Shown here: positions 26,401 to 38,400 of the stretch, piece by piece
Numbering within the stretch: the stretch's first letter is position 1
Layout of the letters: each line of letters starts with the position of its first letter
Source: Octopus vulgaris
Taxonomy: Eukaryota
Direction: 5' to 3'
Assembly: GCA_951406725.2 (NCBI GenBank)
Contig: OX597825.1
Span: 31,992,001-32,056,000, forward strand
Length of the DNA: 64,000 bases
Made by a program: the position numbers and the translations under genes
Notes under the pieces: model-generated
Told to the model about the DNA's origin: nothing
What the model saw: only the letters and a program-made list of their open reading frames with translations
Database searches by the model: none

Positions 26401-29400
26401 TACATCCCTCTAACTTAAGTTTACCAATAGAATTGGTATTGATTTGACTAAACCCTTCAGAGCAGTGCTCCAGCATAGCCCCAGTTTTAGAATAGGCACA
26501 CTTGTTCTCCCTATTTGTCATATGGAAAAAGGGAAAAAAAACAAAACTTTAATGTTCATTTTTCCACACTTGCCTGAGCTGGACAGAATTAGCTGAACCA
26601 GATTTTCTCTGGCTGGATACACTTTCTATCACCAACCCTCACCTGTTTCCAAGCAAAGTAAATATTTTCCTATGACCAGATGTGTTTTCCATGGAAGATT
26701 GGTTGTAAATAACCATCATTGTCATACATCACATGATGTCAACACTAGACTCACATTCACTCGTTCACTCACATTCACTCGTTCACTCACATTCACTCGT
26801 TCACTCACATTCACTCGTTCACTCACATTCACTCATTCACTCACATTCACTCGTTCACTCATTCACTCACATTCACTTGTTCACTCACATTCACTCGCTC
26901 ACTCACATTCACTCGCTCACTCACATCCACTTGCTCACTCACATTCACTTGTTCACTCACATTCACTCGCTCACTCACATCCACTTGCTCACTCACATCA
27001 ACTCCACTCCACTCATGCACTCCACTCCACTCGCTCATGCACTCCACTCCACTCGCTCATGCACTCCATTTGCTCGCTCTCTCTCCATTTGCTTGCTCTC
27101 TCTTTCTCTCTCCCTTCACTCCTCTGCTCCTCACTCCTTCATTCCTCACTCCTTCATTCCTCACTCCTTCGCTCCTCACTCCTTCGCTCCTCACTCCTTC
27201 GCTCCTCACTCCTTCGCTCCTCACTCCTTCGCTCCTCACTCCTTCGCTCCTCACTCCTTCGCTCCTCACTCCTTCACTCCTCACTCCTTCACTCCTTCAC
27301 TCCTCACTCCTTCACTCCTTCACTCCTCACTCCTTCACTCCTCACTCCTTCACTCCTTCACTCCTCCACTCCTCACTCCTTCACTCCTCCGCTCCTCACT
27401 CCTTCACTTCTCCTCTCCACCCCCCGCTACTCCACTTCTCACTCCTCCGCCCCACTCAGAATTGTTTGTATATATATGACAGTCTTCATTGAGTTTCTGT
27501 CTACCACGTCCATTCCTCAGATTTTCGTTGGCCTGGACTAATAATAAACACCTGCCCAAGTTACTGTGTAGTGGGGCTGAACTCTTATCCACATAGTTAA
27601 GAAGCAAGCTTCTTAAACACCCAGCCTTGCCTTCATGTTACCTTAGTAAAACCTGTTTTCCAACCTTTACCAGTATGATTGTAATGGTGGTGGTGGTGGA
27701 TGTTCCTCATTGAAAAGGTCTGAAATATTCGAACCATTGGCAGTTTAAAGTGTCAGCTGTTCTGAGTGATTGTATAAATTTAATCATTGAATATGATTGA
27801 TTATTAGACTTATGCAATCACTCAAATGATTTAACTGTGTAACAAGGATGAAAGGTCTGGAACACTTGAGGAGTGCAGGTCTCATCTCGTTACATTAAAT
27901 TATTTGTCGAAGGAAAACTAACACTTCAAATATCTTCTACAGCATAAATAATATTTATTTTTCTGGATTCGCAATAATATATATAAGAAACAAACCAATC
28001 CAGAAAAGAAGGATTTGGAGGCTAAAGAACCCTTCGCATGGTCAGAAATTTAGGGACATACTCATCAAGAAATTTGATGAGAGGGAGGAGGAGCTTCAGA
28101 CGTCAGACATAGAAGGTAGCTGGGAATTCCTACGGGACAGCTTGCTGAGTGCCACAGACCAAGTCTGTGGATGGTGCAAAGTCCCTTCCAGACCTAGAAT
28201 TACGTGGTGGTGGAATAGTGCTGTAGATAAAGCCATCTGTGAAAAGAGACGGGCCTGGAAAGCCTGGAAGGATGGGGGCAGCAGGGAACTGTACCAGATA
28301 GCCAAAAGGGAGGCTGGGCGGCAGGTATACATTGCCAAAGATGTAGCAGAAAAGAAGAAGTTTGCCAATGTCCAGCGTCGCGAGGATCAAAGAGCTGAAG
28401 TATTTCGGATTGCCAGACAGTGTGTCAGAGAAAATAGCGATGTTATAGGAGAGAAATGTGTCCGCATGGATGATGGGGCACTTGCTTTTACTACTAGTGA
28501 AAAGAAAGAGGCTTGGAGAAGCCATTATGAAAGACTGCTGAATGAGGAGAATGAATGGGAGGAGGAGAGCCTGCCAAATGTTGACCCAGTAGAGGGACCA
28601 GCTACCCGAATAGACAGCTCCCTTGTAGATAAGGCAATTAAGGATATGAAACCAGGCAAAGCCCCTGGCCTATCAGGAATCACTGCTGAGATGCTTAAAA
28701 CAGCTGGCTATGTGGGCTATGCCATAGTCACCCGCATTGTAAACCAGGTAGTTCACAATGGAGTCATACCCAATGACTGGTGCAGTAGCACCATAGTCAA
28801 CTGCTACAAGGGTAAGGGTGATGCTCTAGATAGAAATAACTACAGAGGTATCAAACTGTTGGACCAGGTGATGAAGGTCTCAGAGAAGGTCATAACCAAT
28901 CTCATTAGGGAGAGAATTTGTTTAGATGAAATGCAGTTCGGTTTGTACCAGGTAGAAGCACCACTGATGCTATATTCCTGGTCCGACAACTGCAGGAGAA
29001 GTACCTAGCTAAAGATAAACCCCTCTACATAGCTTTTGTAGACTTGGAGAAAGCCTTTGACAGGGTTCCCCGTTCCCTTATCTGGTGGTCGATGCGGAAA
29101 CTGGAGATTGAAGAATGGCTAATAAGGGCTGTACAGGCTCTATACAGAGAGGCTGTCAGCAAGGTTAGGATTGGCAACGAATATAGTGAAGAATTCCGGG
29201 TAGAAGTAGGTGTGCACCAGGGCTCAGCCCTCAGTCCCCTTTTATTCATCATAGTCCTTCAGCCAATAACAGAGGAATTCAAAACGGGATGCCCCTGGGA
29301 GCTCCTCTATGCCGATGACCTAGCTCTCATAGCAGAATCACTACCGGAACTAGAAGAGAAATTTCGGGTGTGGAAGCAAGGGTTGGAATCAAAGGGCCTT

Positions 29401-32400
29401 AGAATAAATGTAGCAAAGACCAAAGTATTAGTAAGCAGCAAGAGGTACTCAGCACACACCCCCTCGGGTAGGTGGCCCTGCTCAACCTGTAGGAAAGGTA
29501 CAGGTAGAAACTCCATAAGATGCACCCAATGTAAGTTATGGACACATAAGAGGTGCAGCAACATTAAAGGGAAATTAACAGATAAGATAGCTTTCATGTG
29601 CGGCAGATGCACAGGGACAATAGACACAACAGACACTCAGAAAACAGATTCCATCACACTCCAGGGAGAGAAACTAGAAGTAGTTGATAGTTTCCGCTAC
29701 CTGGGTGACCAAGTTAGTAGCGGAGGTGGATGCACAGAGAGTATCACCACTAGAATACGAATAGCCTGGGCAAAGTTCAGAAAGCTCCTACCCCTACTGG
29801 CAACAAAAGGTCTCTCCCTCAGAGCGAAAGGTAGATTGTATGATGCATGTGTGCGAACTGCCATGCTCCACGGTAATGAAACATGGGCTGTGACTGCAGA
29901 AGACATGCGTAGACTTGAAAGAAATGAAGCTAGCATGATCCGCTGGATGTGTAGTGTCAGTGTGCACGCAAGACAGAGTGTAAGCATCCTGAGAGAAATG
30001 CTGGATATAAGAAGCATCAGATGTGGTGTGCAAGAGCGACGCTTGCGATGGTATGGTCATGTGCTGCGGATGGATGAAGAGAGATGTGTGAAGAAGTGCC
30101 ACTCCCAAACAGTTGAAGGTATCAGGGGGAGAGGTAGACCCAGGAAGACATGGGATGAGGTAGTCAAGCATGACCTCAGAGCATTGGGCCTCACTGAGGC
30201 AATGGCGAAGGACCGAGATCTCTGGAGATATGCTGTGACTACAAAGACCCGGGCTGCTTTCTGCAGCAATTCCACTTACCCCCTACCCATTCTAAGTACC
30301 CCAGATCCCCAAAGTACCCTGGATCCCCAAAGTACCCCGATCCCCAAAGTACCCCGGACCTCATTGCCCCCGTGCCGCTGACACGTTAAAAGCTCGAACC
30401 GATCGTGACCGATGCCGGACCCTCCGGCCCCTGTGCAGGTGGCACGTAAAAAGCACCCAATCCACTCACGGAGTGGTTGGCGTTAGGAAGGGCATCCAGC
30501 CGTAGAAACTCTGCCAGATTCAGACTGGAGCCTGGAGCGGCCCCTGGCTTCCCAGACCCGGTCGAACCGTCCAACCCGTGCTAGCGCGGAAAGCGGACGT
30601 TAAACGATGATGATGATGATGATGATATATTTCCTTCAGGGCGAACCGGTAGCCATGGGAGCTAGTTGCTGTAGTTAAATGGTGTGATCCAAGCATAGTG
30701 TAGCTTCGCCACGTGTTGGCTTGCTTGGGAGAGATGTGATAGCGTGTCCATTCAATTCGGTGTCTTCTTCGAGAGAGATTGATACAGCAGGAATCTTGCT
30801 GTTGCTAGTTCTCTGCACACGAGGGAATATCCGGCGGCCTCCCAGAAGAAATCCTACTCTGCACATGCGCGCTGAAGACTTTCAAAATGGCATCACTACA
30901 ACTGCTAACACACTGAACCCTTTCGTTCGCAAATTTCTCTTGGAATATGTTTTGTTTACATTAATTTTGAAAGTAATCAAGAATTTAGTAAAATATCTGT
31001 CATTATTAAACTGATACTTGGAACATAAATTAAGATGGAATTTTGGAAGTTTTTAATTTACATCACTTTATAAGCAATTTTGTATCCTAGAATCAGTCTT
31101 GGATGGGCTGGTTTTAAAAGGGTTAATACATTCCCACCACAAGCCACTTAGGGATAAGAATAGTTTTCCCATGGTTCCAATTCTTATTCTGATGTTAATA
31201 AGGGGAAAATTTCCATCAGGCTGTATATGTTTGCTTTTATCAGGCCCTGCTGAAGCTTTTGTTTGGGTTTTTGTACTTTTTTGTGCATAATATAAGGGAT
31301 TATGGCGATTGTTTTGTTCTTTATCCCTGGGTCACCTCTGAGTAGAACTAAGATCAAAGGAATTTAGGCTGTGACAAGTTTTTCATTTTTTTTCATTTCT
31401 GCCTTTGCATACAGGGGCAATGTTATCCACCGTGTTGTGGCTTCTCTTTTTAAGGGAGGATTTGCTGCTGTTTCTATCTTGTTGGCACAGAGGACAGTTG
31501 TCTGTGTCCCTCACATGTTAGAGGTTCTTTGTTAATCTATGCAAGTTATGGCTTTTGTTATAAACATTAGTCCCCAGAGCAATGTCTAGTCCAGGGCGGG
31601 GGCAGGGGTCTATAATGCTGCTGAAGGCAGCCCTGCTTGTTGGTTCATGGGATTATGCATATCTTGTGTGAGGTGGGGTTGTCTTTGGAAAGTATTTGGT
31701 AAGTTGTGTTTGTGTGTTCTTGGATACACATTACCACATAGTTTTTACCAATGAATTTAAGAGAATTAAACAAACTTAAGAGAAATAGATGCAAGCATAG
31801 CTAAGTGGTAAGAAGCTTGGTTTGCTTCCCAATCACATGGTCCTGGGTTCAGTCCCACTGTGCAACACTTTAAGCAAGTGTCTTGTGAGTGGATTTGGTA
31901 GACAGAAATTGAAAGGAACCTGATGTATGTGCTTGTATGTCTGTATTTGTCTTTGAGTTTGTCTTTCACTACTGCTTGACAATTGGTATTGGTTTGTTTA
32001 CATCCCTGTGAGCTGGCAGTTTGGCAAAAAGAAACCAGTAGAATGAGTACCAGTAAATACTGTGGCCAATTTGTTCAAGAAAACCTGTCAGGGTGGTGCC
32101 CCAGTATGACCACAGACTGAAACAAATAAAAGATAAAATATTGCTTATATTTGAATAATTATTCAAGATGATTCAGTTACTAATTGATTTATTTTATATC
32201 TTTAGATATTATGCTGGCTGGGCTGACAAAAACCATGGAAAAACTATTCCTATCCGTAAGTAGCTCTTCTAATATTATTATAAAGCAATTTTCCTGTATC
32301 CCTTAAACACGTTCCAGTTTTCTAAAATTGAGAGGGCTTCTTTTAGAATAAGAATATCAAGATAAGAAGAATAATGAAGTAATGACAAAACTGTTAGCAC

Positions 32401-35400
32401 TGATCTATTTACTAATAGGACCAAAACATGCCTGGAATTATCACTGCTGTCTGCTACAGATCGCACAATTATCTATTATCTGAGGAGGTCTAGTAAGACT
32501 GAAATGTCTTGAGTTGTCACCTCTGCCTGCTTAATTCGATTACTATTCACCTTTGCAACTTCACCTCATCTATGTCTGCTAAAGATCAGACTGTCCTTCA
32601 TCTATCAATTCATTTTAAAAGTATCCCTGGAATACACAGCCACTTACATGCTAATTTGATGAGCAGCTAGTTGATCAAACAACTGCTCACTCATAGTTGA
32701 AATCAATGGAACAATACATTCACAGTTTCTTTTATTGTGTTCCTCTCTGGTTTTATTTCCAACACCATCAGCCCTGTTTGTTATACAACATCAATTCTTG
32801 TAATTCAGTTTGAATTAATGGAGAATGAAATATGTTAATGAATACTTAAAATATGAATATCTTTCTAAAAGAAAAAAAAAAGCAAACAAAATTTTATGAC
32901 TAAAAGTGTTTTCTTGGATTGGAAATGGACTCTGCTTGAATGACAGTGATACTTGCTTACAACTGTTGTATGGCATCAATGAAAGGCAATAGCAATATAT
33001 ACACCAAGCATGCACGCATGCTCACTCGCTTGCTCTGATATGATTTTCAGCAAATAGTATAGAGAACTTGCTACTTGACAGCCATGCCAAAAAAAAAAAA
33101 AATGAAATTTATTTTGTAACTGGAGAAAGATGAAAACTTACCAGTAATTAATGACTCTCAAAAATATTATTTCATCTTCAAAAAAATTAAGAATTCATTT
33201 CACAAAATTCATTTATGAATGCTTAAGTGCCAAAATGTGATCATTGGTATGATTCAAGTTTTATTGGATCTCATTAGTGAAATATAATCAGTCACTCCGG
33301 CTTGGCCAATCAGCAGGTGGTGGTGATGGTAGTCTAATATTTGTTATAGGCACTGGCGTGTGTGGATTTGGTGGATGGAAACTGAAAGAATCCCATCACA
33401 TAGTGTCATCATACATCCGTCTTCCATGCTGGCCTGATAAGAGTTGGAATCCCAACGACTGTGCCACAGTCTACTGTCAGCTTTGGGATGGCTTCTATGG
33501 CTGGTTGCCCTTCCTAATGTCAACCACTTTACATATATGTTTTGTCTTTGTTTGCCCATTACCACAACTGCTTGATAACCTGTGTTTATGTCCTTGTAAC
33601 CTAGGAGATCAGCAAAAGAAATCGAATGGATAAGTACTGACGGTGATTTATTTTTTTGTTTTTGTTTTTGACTAAACCCTTCATGGCCCCAGCATGGTGA
33701 TAGTCCAATATGAGATACAAGAAAATGCATACATAAATATTTTGTGTGTTTGGTATACTGAATCAAAGAAAATTTTATTAAAATATTTTTGTTGTGGCAT
33801 TACATTATAGAAATACTGTAGGTGACTTGCTGGGTCTTATATCTGAATTGTGTTTCTTGTACAATGTTTATCTTCAATTTTGAAGTATTTGATTAGTTTA
33901 ATAAATGAACTAACAGCAAATATTTGTACTTTGTATAGTTGTGTATTCAATGAGTAGAAATCTTACTCTCCACCTGCTTTTCTTTATTACTAAGTTTTCT
34001 TATTCTCATCTGTTTTTCTGTGTTAGCATTGGGCCAATGATGAATTGTGATATTGCATGTTTGTATCTCTCATCACACACACACACACACTCCACCCATT
34101 TTTTGTAAATATTTTGAAGTGCTTGATTACCAAAAAGTAAAAGCATTCATTATTGCTGGCTCAATAAAACAAATATTTCTAGATAACATTTTAGGTGCAC
34201 ACACACACACACACACACCACTAAGACCAAAACCACTCGCAAAAGTATACACGACTTTACTACTATCTCTTTTATTTACTTTAACCTACATGTATTCTCA
34301 AGTATGTTCAGGGTAAGTACTCAAACACTAAGCTATCCATCACTCTCTAATATCACCCCCACCACATACTGATGTTACTACAATACTTTCTAAAAACCAA
34401 CCCTGTCATTATTACTTAAACCCCATTCAATTCACCCATCTTTTCTATTCTTTGATCTTATAGTCACAACACCTACACATTCTACTGCTCGTCTTATCTA
34501 ATCTTTAATTCTGAGACTTCTTTTCCAGTGATATTCTCTTTGAAGCTACAAAAACCTGCAAGGGTTTGTTTGTTAACCACAATAGTGGAAGTAGGCATGT
34601 TTGGGGTGGTTAAGATGTTTGTTTCACAACCACAAGGCTCTTGTTCAATCCTGTTGTGTAGCATGTTGACCAAGTGCATTTACTGTAGCCTCCTGTTGAC
34701 CCAAGCCTTGTGAAATTTGGGTAAACAAAAACTGTGAGAAACCCTTCAGATGGACTATAACTTTGTTTCAATGATTCAGCCTTGTTGCATTTGTGTCACA
34801 TTTATTCAACCTGAGAATTACCTTAAGAGTATGTATCTGTGTAAAGGTGTGTGTGGTGTAGAGTATTGCATTCAAGGTTGTGGTTTCGATTTCCTAACTG
34901 GGTGAAGCATTGTGTTCTTGAGCAAAACATTTCATGTTATTACTCATCTGCTCAGCTGTAAATGAGTCACCCTGCAATGAACTGGCATCTCATTCAGGGG
35001 GCATATTGTAATCTGTTACTTGTATGCCATGGAAACTAGGTAACTGGCCCTACCTAAGTCCTGGGGCTTGAGTCAACACTTTACACATGTCTGTGGAATA
35101 TACAGCCATTTTGCATGCTAATTCAACAAGCAAGTTCTCCAGCTGATTGATCTACAAGATGCTCATACATTGAAGTTGACGTGAGAGTCCCTCAACCACA
35201 ATGACATTACTTAACAACCCTGACTGGGAAGAGGTCTTTCATAGGGACTCTTGTTGTTAACCCCTGCAGACTTTGGAGAAAGGCAAACAATTATGTTTTG
35301 TTATCTGCTTGGATAGCAGCAGTTAACAATGTTTGAACTCTTATCATTATAAATGATGTTCACTTTTCCATCTTATGCTTGCTTAGGTCAGACAGAATTT

Positions 35401-38400
35401 GTTGAGGCAGAGTTTCTATGGCCAGATGCTCTTTTTGTTGCCAACCTCTGTCTGTTTCCAAGCAAGGTAATATTCTCCTCTGCACAGGGCCAGGCATGTT
35501 TTTTTTTTTTTTGTGGAAGACTGGAAATGAACAACTCTGCTAGTATGATGATGATGCTCATATACAACCATCTCGTGATAAGTCAGGGGCATACACACAC
35601 ACACACAAGCAGTTTTCTATCTACCAAATACACTAGCAGGGCTTTGGTCAACCCAAGACCACATGTTTAGGAAGCGAGCTTCTCGACCACACTTAGTTTA
35701 TATCTATCAGTTCAATGTCTATTTTTCCATGCTTGTGTGTGTGTTCCATTTACTTTACCACTACTACTACAACAACAACACAAACTCTAGACTGCTATAT
35801 GTCAATCCTCTTGTTCATCCATATTCTGTTGCACACATCAAATCCTCTACTAAACAACCTAATTAGTGCCATTATATTTAATGTAGTGAGGTTAATGATC
35901 TAATTAATTCATTAATAATACTTTCTTGGTAAAGAGAATGGCTAACATTAATTTACTCTGTGCTAAACACTTTTTCTGCTTCTGATCCAGAACTGTAACC
36001 TTCTTCAACATTGATGGTGAAGCTTAGGATGTGTGACAGCAGTGATACAGTTTAGGGTTTTAGATAACACACAAAGAATATCATTAAATATAGAAAAGTT
36101 TATCTATAAGATTTTATCTAAAACTAGTCAGTAATAGTTTTTAAAGTTTTACCATGGAAACTAATCATGACCTGATTTCTCCTTAACTGGCAACTGATTG
36201 ATCTCCCCAACTATAGCTATAAAAAAAATATGTACATTGCAGTCTTTGTTGTGTTCATCTTTGCATTGTAAGAAGCCAGTCCAGTAGAGGCCACCCCTCT
36301 GCAATTATTGAATGCAACTGAAACTCTGAAATGACATTTAATGGCTGCATACTATTCTTATCCTTAATCCTGACCTGTTTCCTAAGTAAGGGGTTTTCCT
36401 CTCCAGACCATCAAGACCACACAGTGACCAGTCATGGCAATAAAGAATGTAAACATATCACCAGTTTTCTCAGCAACATACACACACACATGCAATGAAG
36501 TTTTAAATTTGTCATAGAAAGACCTTTGTACCAATCTCTTCATATTCATGCACAAACTTCATCCTCATATTACTTGCAGCTCTGTTTTCTTTGCACTACA
36601 GTACAATCCTACCTTCCCTGATTCCTGCTCTAATCTGCTCAGCACCTCCTGTGCCTGATCTGTCCTCTCTGTTTGTAATGCCAGGTCATCAGCATAGTCT
36701 AGGTCAGTTACTGTTACTGCTTTATGCCATCTACTTCTTTGCCTATGCAGTTTGAATCTCAGTTCTTCTTCCTTGCCCTTGTATGTTTTACGCATTACAT
36801 AGTCCAGAACGGTGGCGAAGAGATAAGGTGCTAGCATGTCGCTTTGTAATACTCCAGCTTTGACTTCAAAGTATTCCGTCTCTCCACCAGGAGTGATCAC
36901 TTTCGCTCAAGTATTCAACAACGAAATGCCTGTGTCAGTGAAAGTGAGAGACAGTAAGTTGCTGAAGGTAGTTGAAAATTTCAAATACCTTGGTACATGG
37001 ACACAAAGTACTGAAGAAGACATCATAGCAAAGAAAGCTCTTGCCTGGAGCACATGCCACAAATTGAGAAAGGTATGGAGTTTAAAGTTAGCAAGAAAAT
37101 TGAAAGTGCGGTTGTTTCTGGCAACGGTGGAGTCTGTTCTTCTATGCGGGGCTGAAACATGGACGCTCACTAAAGCATTGAAGAAGCAGTTGAACGGTTG
37201 CTATACAGGGATGCTTAGAATGGCACTCAGTGTCTCCTGGAAGAGTCATATAACAGACGCTAACTTATACTAGGGACTACCAAAAGTAATATTGAAGATA
37301 CAGCATAGAAGGCTGAGGCTAGCTGGACACTGCATCAGACATCTGATACCTTTCTTGTCACTAACCTTCACACATTTCCATGTAAGATATTTCCCCATCA
37401 ACAGACCAGATTTTCTTGGAAAACTGGAAACCAACAACAATGCTTGTATGGTAGTGATGCTTGTTTACAGTCATCAGACAATGTCAAGACAAGGGTAAAC
37501 ACACACATTCAAATACAATAGGCTTCACCAAATCCACTCACAAGACTGGGGTTGGCCTGGGTCTATAGTGAAAAATACTTTCCTAAGGTACCTCACAGTG
37601 AAACTGAACCCAAGACCACATGTTTGAGAAGCAAGCTTCTTAACAACATGCCATTAAAAAATTTTGTTTCTTCATTTTGTCAGGTGGAGACCACTTCACC
37701 TACACAAGACATGAACCTGTTGGAGTCTGTGGACAAATTATTCCTGTAAGCTAATTTTTAAGATGTTTGGTGTGTGTTTAACCCTTTTGTTATTTCTTTT
37801 TCTTTTTTTTTTTTTCAAATTCAAACATTCCCTGTGAATATTAAATAGTGAACTTCTTTCACTGAATATTTTAGATAATAGCTTAATTGTCTCCTCGAAA
37901 TAAATTTTGTATGGCTTTCTCAGCAAGATGTAATTACAAAACTTTTCATGTTCTGCTGGTGATAATTTACTTAAAAGAAGACATACCTTCTTTTCGACAG
38001 TCCAACTTTTACACTCTTCCTTGAAGATTCTTTCATGCCTTCTGAAGTATGCAGAAAGCATAATCCTATCTTCCAGATTATATGTGAATTCTTCAATTGA
38101 ATTAGCAACTGCATCTGCCAAAAACAAATCTGAAGTGTTCTTTGATAGCAACAATAATTCCAACAACTGTTGATTTTGTTGTAGTTGCTGTTTCTTTTGT
38201 TCTTGTTGCTGCTGCTGTAGTTGTCGTTGCAATTGAACCACTGCTGCTAATAGGTCTTCCATGCTAAGAACATCCACTGAAAGCTTCGAATGTCTCGTCA
38301 CCACAGTTGGCACATCGACACTTATGTCCTTCGAACTCACTGTACATGCCATTTTATAACATGGACTCATAACAAGGTGATAACAATACAGATATAAATC

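Noticed and set aside
26672-27541. 289-aa and 248-aa repetitive ORFs, and a possible CRISPR-like array
   Set aside because: Stop-free minisatellite with no unique spacers, in a eukaryotic intron.
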